Source: Candidatus Bathyarchaeota archaeon | Lineage (GTDB): Archaea; Thermoproteota; Bathyarchaeia; TCS64 | Assembly: GCA_963769425.1 (NCBI GenBank) | Contig: CAVYLP010000006.1 | Coordinates: forward strand, 960,915-1,024,914 | Direction: 5' to 3' | Length of the DNA stretch: 64,000 nucleotides | In this document: piece by piece, positions 1 to 9,644 of the stretch | Layout of the letters: each line of letters opens with the position of its first letter | Numbering within the stretch: the stretch's first letter is position 1 | Translations under genes and position numbers: made by a program | The notes under the pieces: model-generated | Seen by the model: the letters and a program-made list of their open reading frames with translations, nothing else | Database searches by the model: none | What the model was told of the DNA's origin: nothing

Positions 1-606
1 ATCGGTATCAGGCCAGACGAGAGACCACCCAACATCGTCATCGAGAAAACCCCGACAGGCGGACTCTCCGTCATCGCTCAGATCCCGCTGACGAGGATCA
101 AGAAGGAGACCGTGAAAGACATCCTCGCCGTCTACGGCGTTCACAATGCACGCGTAATGATCCGCGAGGACATAAACGACGAGCAGTTAATTGACGTCAT
201 ACTTGGCAACCGGGTCTACGCCCCAACCTTCGCCGTACTCAACAAGATAGACATGATCGATACCGAGAGCCTACGCAAGGTGCGGGAGAACCTCGACTAC
301 TACGTCCTACCAATAGCGGCGGAGAACGGTGTAAACATCGACGAGTTCAAGGAGCAGCTATACCAGAGGCTCGCGTTCATAAGGATATATATGCGGCCGA
401 AGGGCGGGGAGACCGACTACAAGGAGCCGCTGATAGCGCGCGTCGGGTACACCGTCGGGGACGTCTGCGATATGCTCCACAAGGCGCTGCGATCGGACTT
501 CAAATACGCCCAAGTCTGGGGGAAGAGCGTCAGGTTCGGCGGGCAGAAGGTTAGCCTCAACCACAAGCTGCAGGACGAGGATGTGCTCACGTTCGTGACT
601 AAGTGA
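1..606 (+). CDS. DRG/Obg-family GTPase, C-terminal part with TGS domain (5' truncated by window)
   Basis: NKID G4 motif, IRIYMRPKG, FKYAQVWGKSVRFGGQKV..H.LQDEDV typical of the DRG TGS domain. Confidence 0.9.
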   Translation: MGIRPDERPPNIVIEKTPTGGLSVIAQIPLTRIKKETVKDILAVYGVHNARVMIREDINDEQLIDVILGNRVYAPTFAVLNKIDMIDTESLRKVRENLDYYVLPIAAENGVNIDEFKEQLYQRLAFIRIYMRPKGGETDYKEPLIARVGYTVGDVCDMLHKALRSDFKYAQVWGKSVRFGGQKVSLNHKLQDEDVLTFVTK

Positions 607-683
607 CACGGCTTGAACATGCGCCAACTTTCGCTACCATAGATAACGAAAAAAATTCGCGCCCAGCGCGGCATTGTAGTTTT

Positions 684-1050
684 TTAGACTTTTACAAGCT
701 GCATTTCGCAGAAGCGGTGGTATAGCTCGTTCTTCTTGAGGAGCTGGTTGTGTTTGCCTTCGGCCTGTATCTCGCCGTTGTGGAGGACGATTATGCGGTC
801 TGCGCTCTGACGGTGCTGACGCAGTGTGTGACGATGAGGATGGTGCGGTGCTCCATCTCCACCTTGAGGGCGTTCTGTATCAGCTGCTCCGTGTACGGGT
901 CGACACTGCTCGTCGCCTCATCTAGTATCAGTATCTTGGGGTCTGACACAAGTGCCCTCGTGAAGCAGACCAGCTGGCGTTGCCCACCGCCTAGTGTGAG
1001 GCCCTTCTCCCCGACGGGTGTGTCGTAGCCCTTCGGCATCGAGGCGATGA
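684..1050 (-). pseudogene. C-terminal remnant of an ABC exporter ATPase domain
   Basis: YDTPVGEKGLTLGGGQRQL..ILILDEATSSVD; continues after a frameshift near 800 as VLHNGEIQAEGKHNQLL; no Walker A or N-terminus; signature degenerate (LGGGQ). Confidence 0.75.
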
Positions 1051-1053
1051 TAG

Positions 1054-1614
1054 ATGCAGCCAATTCTACCCCGGGAACAAGGTGTCAGCCCCGTCCAGAT
1101 GTGGATACTACTTATCCTGAGCGAGGGCCAAAACTACGGCTACAACGTGATCCAGCGCCTAAACGAGATGTTCTCCGGTTTCTGGAAACCTAAGGCGGGG
1201 ACCGTCTATCCTGCTATCGAGAAGCTAATGGGAGTCGGGTTGATATCGGTGCGAGTCGAGCACCGGGAGGATGCCTCAGATAGGCACTACTATACCATTA
1301 TACCCGCGGGTGAGGAGGCCCTCAGACAGGGCATGGACCGCTGGGGGCTCATGATGGAGTACATCGAGGAGTACGGCGAACGCCACAGAGCTATACGGAA
1401 GGGTAGCACCGAAATGCGCAAGCAGAACCTTGGCGACCTGCTGATAAGATTCGGCGAGTCAATCAAGAAAGGGGAACTCGACGCATCCAAATACCTCCCA
1501 GAGATGAAGCGCGAGGTCATCAGATTCAAAGAGCCGCTGGTCTACAAGTTCCTATACGCCTTCATCGAGGGTGGCAGGGAGATTGAGATAGAGATAGAAT
1601 GGGCGCAGGAGTAG
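1054..1614 (+). CDS. PadR-family transcriptional regulator
   Basis: ILLILSEGQNYGY..WKPKAGTVYPAIEKL..RHYYTI winged-helix signature. Confidence 0.9.
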   Translation: MQPILPREQGVSPVQMWILLILSEGQNYGYNVIQRLNEMFSGFWKPKAGTVYPAIEKLMGVGLISVRVEHREDASDRHYYTIIPAGEEALRQGMDRWGLMMEYIEEYGERHRAIRKGSTEMRKQNLGDLLIRFGESIKKGELDASKYLPEMKREVIRFKEPLVYKFLYAFIEGGREIEIEIEWAQE

Positions 1615-1616
1615 CC

Positions 1617-2324
1617 CTACACCCGCTTCAAAACATGCATATCAGCGGGCAGCTTCTCAGAGGCGTACCTAAGAACGAGGGCCGATGTGCGCGTCCTCCA
1701 CCTGAGCAGGTATTCCCTGACTTCTTTTGGGTGTTTCTTCGACGCCTCCTTGAGGAGCCACCCGACACCCTTCTGTACCATGTCGTCCTGATCCTCCATC
1801 AGTCTATCGGCTATCCTGAAGGTGTCGTCTAGCATTTCCCCCCTCCTCGCGATGGGGACGAGGGAAACCGCGGCGGCTCGCCTCCTCCAGCGGTTCTCCG
1901 ACCCCGTCCACTCAAGGAGCCTCTCAGTTAACTTTGGGTCCTTACGTACCGTCTCCGAGACGAAGCCCGTGCACATCCCATCCGTGTTCGCCCAGTTGGT
2001 CAGGGTGTTAACCCAAGAGTCGAAGGTGTAGAAGTGGCCCGGCGTGAGGTGCCTCTTCATCCTCGAAAGCATATAATCTCCCACTACGGCGACCTCAAAG
2101 ACACCCTTTCTGTGGAGCTCGCCGACGACCTCGATGGCGAGTGGAAGGTTGCCCTTCAATCGTGGATAGAATGACGCGGCTATTTCCTTGCAGACGGGCA
2201 TGGGTATCCCCCAGCTGTCTATGGGCTCCTTGAAGTAGCGTCTAGCCGACTCGGCCTTGCCCTCGTCGAAATGTCGGCGGGTCTCTGCTATGATCTCCTC
2301 GGTTAGGGGGTTCATCTGATTCAC
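1617..2324 (-). CDS. DNA alkylation repair protein (AlkD-like HEAT repeat)
   Basis: NWANTD, W..SENRWRRRAA, DDMVQKGVGWLLKE motifs. Confidence 0.88.
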   Translation of the reverse strand: MNQMNPLTEEIIAETRRHFDEGKAESARRYFKEPIDSWGIPMPVCKEIAASFYPRLKGNLPLAIEVVGELHRKGVFEVAVVGDYMLSRMKRHLTPGHFYTFDSWVNTLTNWANTDGMCTGFVSETVRKDPKLTERLLEWTGSENRWRRRAAAVSLVPIARRGEMLDDTFRIADRLMEDQDDMVQKGVGWLLKEASKKHPKEVREYLLRWRTRTSALVLRYASEKLPADMHVLKRV

Positions 2325-3907
2325 ACCGTGAATCTGAGGGCACCAGTCTCTGAGAGACTGATGTAGATTGGTTTGAGCCAGCTTGGGTCCTCGCTGGGGT
2401 AGTCGGTCCTATAGTGGGCACCTCTGCTCTCCTTCCTCTCCATCGCGGCCCTGATTATCATCTCCGCGGAATCTAGGGCCATCTGGGCCTCAAGGGCGAC
2501 TAGCATGTCTCTCCCATTCTTGGCGGAGACACGGTCGGCGAGTAGTTTAAGGTCGAAGACCGTCTCGAACGCCTCCGCGAGGCTTGCGCTGTCCCTTATG
2601 ATGCCAGCCTTCGCCCACATGACCTCCCTTAGCCTCTCGATGAGTGAGTGAGGATCGTAGCTTTGTTCCCTCTCTATCATTGATTCGTATCGTTTCAGCT
2701 CGGGCTTAGCTTGGTCAGCGATTTTCTCCTTCTTGCCCTTCACGGCGTCGGCTGCCGCTGCACCCGCTCTTGCCCCGAAGACGAGTATCTCCGTTAGTGC
2801 ATTGCCACCATGCCTGTTTGCCCCGTGTATCCCGCCGACGACCTCCCCCGCCGCGTATAGACCGGGGACGCCGGTGTAGCCCTGCTCGTCTATGACAAGC
2901 CCCCCCATGCAGAAGTGACAGACCGGGGCGACCCTGAAGGGCTTCTCAGCGGCGCGTAGCTTCTCGACTAGAATGCGTTGCGTCCCCTCCTCGGCTATCT
3001 GCTTGACGGTGCGCTTCCTGAAGACCTCACGCGCGTCGATGAGGACGGCGCCGTCGACGCCTCCGCCCTGGGTGATCTCCGTCATTAAAGCGCGACTAAG
3101 TAGGTCTCTGCTCTTGAGGACGAGTGGGCGGGCCGTAAGATGGTACTTCTGGGGGATATCCTCCCCGAGGCTGTTTATTATCCTCCCCTCCTCCGTCATG
3201 GGTCCGCCGAGGAGATAGGGTGGCTGACCCGGCTCGGCTAGAGCCAGTGGGAAGAACTGGACAAATTCCATGTCCCTGAGTCTCGCCCCAGCGTGTAGGC
3301 CGAGGCTGTATCCGTCGCCCGTGGTCCTCACGGGACAGTCCGTCCTCTTGTAGATGGCCCCGGCGCCGCCCGTGGCTAGGATGACAGCCCTTGCCGTGAA
3401 GATGATGGGTTTCTCATGTTTCACATCGTAGCCGACTGCTCCGACGACCCTGTCACCCTTCTTCAACAGCTTAGTCACGGCGACGTTGTCCCTGAACTGG
3501 ACGCCCTTCGACTGGGCGTACTCAACCATCGGCCTCGTCATACCGAGGCCCATCAGGTTGGGTATGTTCCCCACCGAGGCGCCGGTCCTGTGGACGCGTA
3601 CCTCAACACCGTAATCCCGCAGCTCGAGTATCCGCGCAGCACCCTCACTCGTGAAGACCTCGACGAGGCGCATGTCGTTCAGGCCCTTCCCCACCTCGAT
3701 GGTGTCCCTCATGTGCTCCTCGGGGGTCATCCCCTCCATCGCGGCCCTGAAGCCGCCCCCTGCTACAACGGTACAGTTGTTCATCCCGGCTGGGGCCTTC
3801 GAGGCGATAATTGTAGTAAGCCCGCGGGCATTCGTCTCGATGGCTGCCCTGAGTCCTGCACCTCCCGAGCCGAGGATGAGGATGTCCGAGTCTACGGAGC
3901 GAACCAT
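2321..3907 (-). CDS. Fumarate reductase/succinate dehydrogenase/L-aspartate oxidase-family flavoprotein (TfrA-like)
   Basis: GSGGAG, LATGGAG, DMEFVQF, HFCMGG, HGANRHGGNAL, ESRGAHYR. Confidence 0.88.
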   Translation of the reverse strand: MVRSVDSDILILGSGGAGLRAAIETNARGLTTIIASKAPAGMNNCTVVAGGGFRAAMEGMTPEEHMRDTIEVGKGLNDMRLVEVFTSEGAARILELRDYGVEVRVHRTGASVGNIPNLMGLGMTRPMVEYAQSKGVQFRDNVAVTKLLKKGDRVVGAVGYDVKHEKPIIFTARAVILATGGAGAIYKRTDCPVRTTGDGYSLGLHAGARLRDMEFVQFFPLALAEPGQPPYLLGGPMTEEGRIINSLGEDIPQKYHLTARPLVLKSRDLLSRALMTEITQGGGVDGAVLIDAREVFRKRTVKQIAEEGTQRILVEKLRAAEKPFRVAPVCHFCMGGLVIDEQGYTGVPGLYAAGEVVGGIHGANRHGGNALTEILVFGARAGAAAADAVKGKKEKIADQAKPELKRYESMIEREQSYDPHSLIERLREVMWAKAGIIRDSASLAEAFETVFDLKLLADRVSAKNGRDMLVALEAQMALDSAEMIIRAAMERKESRGAHYRTDYPSEDPSWLKPIYISLSETGALRFTV

Positions 3908-3939
3908 GGGTTAGGTTGGCGCGACGTTGGATAAAACGG

Positions 3940-4443
3940 CTATCCGTTGAGGTAGACCCTCTCTATGCACATCTCCTCGGCGGACTGCCGGGTGAGGATG
4001 TTCTCCACCTTCAGCCGGTGGTCGAACTGGTTGAGCGTTGCCTGTAGGGCTGGGAGGGTGAGGTTGCTGCAGAGTCCCTTGAGGAAGATGCCGCAGTCGA
4101 CGCCGACGTCGAGGAAAGCCTCGTGGAACGGGCACCTCCGGACAACGAAGGTGACACTGGAATCGTCCCTCCTGTGGATGCTGACTTCGGCTCCGGCGTC
4201 CGCCATAAAGCGGCGGTAGACCTCAGCCCCCGTTTCGAGGAGGGTGAGCCCCGAGGGCATCTCTCTTTTCATTTCCTTAGCAATGATTACCCCCTGCTTC
4301 TCTGCGGCTTCTATGAGCTTGTCGAGACTCGGCTGCGTTCCGAGATCCTTGATTACCTCTATTATGTATAGGGTGAGTAGCGTGTATCCCCGTCGGACGC
4401 CCAATGCTGACATGCTAATCTTTGCATCGATGCTCCGAAGCAT
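3940..4443 (-). CDS. Cys-containing V4R/ATC-hydrolase-like hypothetical protein
   Basis: RRCPF...C...C...C pattern; tightly co-oriented with the flavoprotein gene. Confidence 0.5.
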   Translation of the reverse strand: MLRSIDAKISMSALGVRRGYTLLTLYIIEVIKDLGTQPSLDKLIEAAEKQGVIIAKEMKREMPSGLTLLETGAEVYRRFMADAGAEVSIHRRDDSSVTFVVRRCPFHEAFLDVGVDCGIFLKGLCSNLTLPALQATLNQFDHRLKVENILTRQSAEEMCIERVYLNG

Positions 4444-4557
4444 TAAACCTCACGTTTACGTGTCACGCCCTGTTTTCTTGCTTTGGTGAGATAGTCGATC
4501 CTCATCAAATTGAAGGACTCTGTTAATGAAAGTAGTTTCTAGTTGTCCGCTGATGTG

Positions 4558-4734
4558 TCAGAGGGGTACGGGGTCGCAGAGGTTCTTCTCGCTGGCAGCG
4601 GCCCTGCCGCAGACTCTGCAGAGGTACCGGGGGTTTCTGACGAGGCCCCTGTATTCTGCTAGATCCATGCCCTCAGCGACTAGGGTGCAGAGGTGTTTCT
4701 CGTGGTCGACATGTGGCTTCTCGTAGAGTGGCAA
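4558..4734 (-). CDS. 58-aa His/Cys-rich putative metal-binding protein (absent from the ORF track)
   Basis: Manual translation from TTG: MPLYEKPHVDHEKHLCTLVAEGMDLAEYRGLVRNPRYLCRVCGRAAASEKNLCDPVPL. Confidence 0.75.
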   Translation of the reverse strand: MPLYEKPHVDHEKHLCTLVAEGMDLAEYRGLVRNPRYLCRVCGRAAASEKNLCDPVPL

Positions 4735-4851
4735 AACTTCACCGTTTCGTGGTTGGGAGGGGCGGTTGATAAATCTTGATCAAGCAGGGTGAATAACTTT
4801 AACAGGTTTCTTAGGAAAATATCATATCCGGCGGAGGTTCCTTCATAAAAC

Positions 4852-5235
4852 GTGCCCGTCGTAAGTCTGAGCCTGAACAATCAGCTTCTGGAGGAGTTGG
4901 ATAAACTTCAGGTTGATCTGGGTTACTCGGGGCGCTCCGAGGTGGTGAGGGCGGCTATACGGCTCTTCCTCATGGATGGCCACGAGAAGCAGCGTTTGGA
5001 GGGTAACGTAAACTGCCTACTGCTGGCCATCCACAGCCACGAGGCTGAGCACCACGTGACGCAAATCAAGGCGAAGTACCAAGACATCATACATACGCAG
5101 CTTCACAACAGGTTCCGGGAGGGCAAATGCATGGAGCTGTTCATACTCGACGGGGACGCGGTGAGGGTGAAGGAACTCGCCGCGGAGCTCCAGAGGAACG
5201 AGGAGAACGAGTACGTCAAGTTCATAGTCATCTAA
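4852..5235 (+). CDS. NikR-like ribbon-helix-helix metal-responsive regulator
   Basis: VVSLSL..GYSGRSEVVRAAIR RHH plus ACT-like C-terminus with LH...CME. Confidence 0.85.
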   Translation: MPVVSLSLNNQLLEELDKLQVDLGYSGRSEVVRAAIRLFLMDGHEKQRLEGNVNCLLLAIHSHEAEHHVTQIKAKYQDIIHTQLHNRFREGKCMELFILDGDAVRVKELAAELQRNEENEYVKFIVI

Positions 5236-5277
5236 CCGCTCGTCTTATTATTCGGCGTCGCACCGGTTTCCATGCTA

Positions 5278-5636
5278 TGATCGAGAAGGTCAACCTGAAC
5301 GATGTCGAGAAGAAGCCGCTGAACGAGATGCATGGGGAGAAGGTCCTCTACCAGCTCGTGTGGCGGTTCACGCCCAAGGCGGAGATGCTGAAGGCCTTCA
5401 AGGGGGTCGCGAGGCTGACGGTGCCCGCGGGGGAGACGAACCTGATGCACAACCACCCGAAGGAGGAGCAGATCTACATAGTGGAGAGCGGGTCGGGCGT
5501 GATTCAGGTGGGGGAGGAGAGGGCGGACGTCGTCGCAGGCGACGTAGTCTACCTCCCCGCGAACGTGCCGCACGGCTTTTTCAACACGGGCAAGAAACCC
5601 GCAGTCGTCCTGAACATAGGTGCGGGCGTTGCGTAG
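5278..5636 (+). CDS. Cupin-domain protein
   Basis: HNHPKEEQIY..G.G and GDVVYLPANVPHG motifs; start moved to ATG 5278. Confidence 0.88.
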
Positions 5637-5673
5637 CTCGGCTTAAATCGGCCGTCGTGTTGGGTGTATCGAT

Positions 5674-6285
5674 ATGAGGTTCCTCGAAGCGACGGATGAG
5701 GCGATCAGGGCTGCGGGCTTTCTCATGAAGCAGGGGGGAGTCGTCGTCTACCCGACTGAGACCGTCTATGGGCTGGGTTGCGTGCCCTCGGACACGGACG
5801 CGTCGCAGAGGGTCTGCGAGATAAAGCAGCGCGCCGATAAGCCGCTGCCCCTCATTTGTGCTGACATCGCCGCGGCGAGGAAGATCGTCGAAATGGGCTC
5901 AGCGGCGGAGAAGCTTGCGGCGAGGTTCTGGCCGGGACCGCTGACGATGGTGCTGCCGGCGAGGGTGAAGTACAGTATGTGGGTCAACCGCGGCGCCTCG
6001 ACGCTAGGTGTCAGGGTGTCGCCTCACCCGGTGGCGAGTATGCTGGCGAAGGAGGCTGGGGGCGTGATCGTGAGTACTAGCGCGAACATCTCGGGTGGTC
6101 AGCCCGCGATGTCGGCCTCGGAGGCGAGGGACATCTTCGGCAACAAGGTGGACATAATCCTCGACGGCGGGCGCTCGCAGGGGGACGAGTCGTCGACGGT
6201 TGTTGACCTCACGGGCGAGGAGGTCTGGCTCCTCCGGAAGGGTCCAGTTAAGGGCGAGGATATAATGGCGGTCCTCAGGGGCTAG
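5674..6285 (+). CDS. sua5: Threonylcarbamoyl-AMP synthase (Sua5/YrdC)
   Basis: YPTETVYGLG, K.R...KPL, FWPGPLT, STSANISG, SSTVVDL. Confidence 0.93.
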   Translation: MRFLEATDEAIRAAGFLMKQGGVVVYPTETVYGLGCVPSDTDASQRVCEIKQRADKPLPLICADIAAARKIVEMGSAAEKLAARFWPGPLTMVLPARVKYSMWVNRGASTLGVRVSPHPVASMLAKEAGGVIVSTSANISGGQPAMSASEARDIFGNKVDIILDGGRSQGDESSTVVDLTGEEVWLLRKGPVKGEDIMAVLRG

Positions 6286-7167
6286 AGTTTCCAGCCCTTT
6301 GGGACGAGCTTCGCTATGTTGACGTTCAGCGGGGCCTTGACGGCCCTGGCGACTGGTTCGCATTTTGTCCTGAAGACGTACATGAGGGGGCAGGGTGCTG
6401 GGACCTCGGTGAGGGTCTCCCAGTTGGCCATGCCCTTGGCGATTATGACGTCGGCGCCGTGGAAGCGTTTGTTGAACTCCTCGCTGGTTTCGGCGAGGTT
6501 GACTCCGATGGAGTCGGCTCCGGTTGTTATTACCTCGTCTGCCTCCTGTGTCATGCCGACTGCCTCGGCGTCCTCCATGAGGGCGTCGTTTAGGCTTGGG
6601 CCTGCCTTGACGGCGACGGTTACGTGTGCGCCTAGTCGGCGTAGCTCACGTACGACGAGTCTGTCGAAGGCGATCTCGCCCGCGTTGTCGGTGAGGAGGA
6701 GGGCATTGGTGCCCTGTTTGATGAGTCTTCGGAGCTTCTCGGAGTCGTCGATGCAGAAGGGTTCCTCGAGTCCCTTTAGGGCCTCCTCTATGTCGGGGCT
6801 GTGGCCGGGGACGTCGAACTCGATGACGTTGCCTATGCAGGCGACCTTGAGGGCGGCGTAGAGGCGCTTGGCCTGTGGGTGTTTGTCGACATACTCGATC
6901 ATCCGGGGGAGTATCTGGATGGCTTGGGTGTTTGACTTGGTCTTAAGGTCGGCGTATGGGTCGACGCACCCGGTGGCGTCCTTTATGACTCGGCATCTCT
7001 CGGCACCGATGTAGCTGGGGACGGCGTCTGGGTGGTAGCGTTCACCGAGCATGTTGAGCAGACCGGTCATGGCCTCGACGCGCTTTAGCCTCGTCTGTGG
7101 TTGAGCGTTGTATTATCTTGTGTCCGCGGTGCATTATGCAGTAGCCGCACTCTGAGCCGACCTTCAT
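6282..7167 (-). CDS. ARMT1-like/DUF89 damage-control phosphatase (one frameshift near 7085)
   Basis: MKVGSECGYC N-terminus at 7167 in another frame; DPY..LK, GNVIEF, DNAGEIAFD, LNDA, IAKGMANWE, KC. Confidence 0.85.
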
Positions 7168-7295
7168 GGTGTATCATGGGTGGGGTTTCTTGGTCGCATA
7201 TATGGTTTCGGTGCGCGTTACTGAAATGTGGGCTATTTGGTGTTAGAGATATGCTTTTCAGGGTGGCACGTGTAACCCTCCCAGCGGTGACAGAT

Positions 7296-7868
7296 TTGGC
7301 GAGGGAGTTCAACATCCTGGCGACTACGGAGAGGATCAGCGAGAGCAGGGCGGGCAGCGAGCTTTGGATGCTGCTGCGCGCCGCGGGTGACGAGGCTCCA
7401 GTCGTCGAGAGGATGGGCATCTGGGGCATAATCGTCGCCAAGACTAGCCTGAACCCAGCCGAGGCCGTCACCAAGATGAGGGAGGAGTTCATGAAGAAAC
7501 CCGACGGCATACAGGCACTCTTCCGCGTCATCCCCATACAGCGCCTCGTTCCCACAACCCTCGAAGAGATAGTCAAGGCCACAACGGAGCTATCAGCCGC
7601 TATAGGTCCCGATGAGACCTACCGCATCACCGTCGAGAAGAGGAGGACCCGCCTCGGTAGCCACGAGATAATAGACGCTGTCGCCGACAAGATAGAGCGC
7701 AAGGTCAACCTCGACAACCCCGACTGGTTCATACTCGTCGAGACCGCGGGCAAGCAGACGGGCGTCTCCGTCGTCCGCCCCACCAACATGCTCAACGTCC
7801 AGAAGGAGCGTGTCCGCCTATCGGCGGAGGCTAAGAAGCGAGCCGCGCTCGACGATAAGCTCGCCTAG
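7296..7868 (+). CDS. THUMP-domain RNA-binding protein (Tan1-like)
   Basis: RVIPI, TYRITVEKR, KVNLDNPDWFILVE; start placed at TTG 7296. Confidence 0.85.
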   Translation: MAREFNILATTERISESRAGSELWMLLRAAGDEAPVVERMGIWGIIVAKTSLNPAEAVTKMREEFMKKPDGIQALFRVIPIQRLVPTTLEEIVKATTELSAAIGPDETYRITVEKRRTRLGSHEIIDAVADKIERKVNLDNPDWFILVETAGKQTGVSVVRPTNMLNVQKERVRLSAEAKKRAALDDKLA

Positions 7869-8369
7869 GGCACCCGCGCCACCAGCGGCTTCAATCTCCT
7901 CATCACCGATGCCATAAGCTTCTCTCAGTATCTTCGCCTTCTCGGAGTCGATCTCAAGGACGCTGTCATCCTCCTTCCCGAGGAGTTTCGCGACCTTACT
8001 ATATGCCTCCCCGGCCTCCTTTTGGCCGTGGGCGAAGACCATGAGGGCGATCTTCTTCGTGCCCGCGTTGACCCCCATTCGAGCGAGGGCCTTCGTGATC
8101 TGGTCCTGAGCCGAGGCGTAGAGAAGGGCCTCGACCGTTATGCTCTTCGAGACGGCGAGTCCCGTCTCAGTAGATCTCGCCGCGTTCACCGCAGCCATGT
8201 AGAGGTGGTCCCTGCCCGCTACCCTGCCAGCGTCCACTATCTGCGCGAGCTGGGGCGAGGCGGCGTCCCCCACGGCCTTGACTAAGGCACGTGGGTCAGC
8301 GACACTAGATACTTTAAAACCGCCTATGGCGACGAACCAGTCCGACCCCTTTATCCCCGAGACCCACAC
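7818..8369 (-). CDS. cgi121: KEOPS complex subunit Cgi121
   Basis: VAGRDHL..A..NA, EALLYASAQDQITKAL..MG. Confidence 0.82.
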   Translation of the reverse strand: MWVSGIKGSDWFVAIGGFKVSSVADPRALVKAVGDAASPQLAQIVDAGRVAGRDHLYMAAVNAARSTETGLAVSKSITVEALLYASAQDQITKALARMGVNAGTKKIALMVFAHGQKEAGEAYSKVAKLLGKEDDSVLEIDSEKAKILREAYGIGDEEIEAAGGAGALGELIVERGSLLSLRR

Positions 8370-8416
8370 GGCGAACCCCTACGGGGAAGGACTAGACGCG
8401 GGGCGAGTTAAAGCCG

Positions 8417-9520
8417 TTATTCCCGCGCCAGCACCGAGAGGAGCCTGTCGATCTCCTCCTCCGTGTTGTAGAAGTCGATGGCTACCCTGATCCCCGCGGG
8501 GCGAAGGCTCAGGTAGAAGCCCCTCTCCTTCAGAAGCTTGAACGTCGCCTCCGGGTCCTTCGTGGTGAAGCTGACGACCCCCGACCTCATCTCCTTCTCC
8601 TTCGGGGAGACTATCGTGACCCCGAGATGCTCCAGCCCATCATAGAACCGCTGGGCCAGCTTCAGTACCCGCGCCTCTATCGCCGGCGGCCCAAGATCAA
8701 GCAACATCTTGATCGCCGCCATAGTCCCAACCGTGCTTAGATAGCTCGGCTCCCCCAACTCGTACTTCTTCGCGCTGTCCTTGAGCCGCGGCCTCTCCAT
8801 GTCGTGCTCCTCCACCGAGCGGTACCCGAACTGAACCGGCTCAATCTCGGGGATCAGTTCCCCGCGGACGTAGAGAAAGCCCGCCCCACTGCAGCCGACG
8901 AGCCACTTGTACCCACCGCACGCGTAGAAGTCAACCCCGCTCCTCTTCACGTCCACCTTCAGGGCACCCGCGGCCTGTATCCCGTCCACGACGAGGTAGG
9001 CCCCGTGCTCGTGGGCTATCTCCGCCATGGCGCGTATGTCGTGGCGCACCCCTGTGAGCCATTCGACGTGGCTGATGGCGATCGCCTTCGTCTTGTCGTC
9101 AACCGCCTTCCCAAGGTCGTCCAGCTGGACGGCTCCCCCCCTCCCCCTGATGACGCGTACCTCGACCCCCTTCGGTTTCTGCGCTATCCACGGGTAGAGG
9201 TTCGCGGGGTTCTCGAGATCGTTGACGACGACGTTGTCCCCCTCCTCGAAGCGAAGCGCCTCCGCCACGGTTGCCAGCCCCGAGGAGGTGTTGGGCTGGC
9301 TGCACGCCTCCTCAGGGGTGCAACCCACGAGCTTCGCCCAGGAAGCCACCGCTTCCTCGGTCCTCGCGTCTCCCCTCCTGTCGAGTCTGTCCCAGTCGAG
9401 CAGGTAGCCCCTGATTGCTTCCTGAACTGGCACACACGGCGGGCTGTGGTTCGCGATGTCTAGGAAAGTCGTCGTCTTCGTAACGGGGAAGAACTCCTCC
9501 CTGATCTTCTCGACGTTCAT
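8417..9520 (-). CDS. Class V PLP aminotransferase (cysteine desulfurase-like)
   Basis: NTSSGL, VVDGIQAAG, GGYKWL. Confidence 0.88.
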   Translation of the reverse strand: MNVEKIREEFFPVTKTTTFLDIANHSPPCVPVQEAIRGYLLDWDRLDRRGDARTEEAVASWAKLVGCTPEEACSQPNTSSGLATVAEALRFEEGDNVVVNDLENPANLYPWIAQKPKGVEVRVIRGRGGAVQLDDLGKAVDDKTKAIAISHVEWLTGVRHDIRAMAEIAHEHGAYLVVDGIQAAGALKVDVKRSGVDFYACGGYKWLVGCSGAGFLYVRGELIPEIEPVQFGYRSVEEHDMERPRLKDSAKKYELGEPSYLSTVGTMAAIKMLLDLGPPAIEARVLKLAQRFYDGLEHLGVTIVSPKEKEMRSGVVSFTTKDPEATFKLLKERGFYLSLRPAGIRVAIDFYNTEEEIDRLLSVLARE

Positions 9521-9644
9521 GGTGGAATCTCCCCGCCATCAGCGTTAAAGAGTTGGCCCCATATCCACCCACCACCCCCACACGGCAAAACACGGAACCC
9601 TTTTACAGCCCGGATACTCAAGAAGGCAACAGAAAGGGATACAC

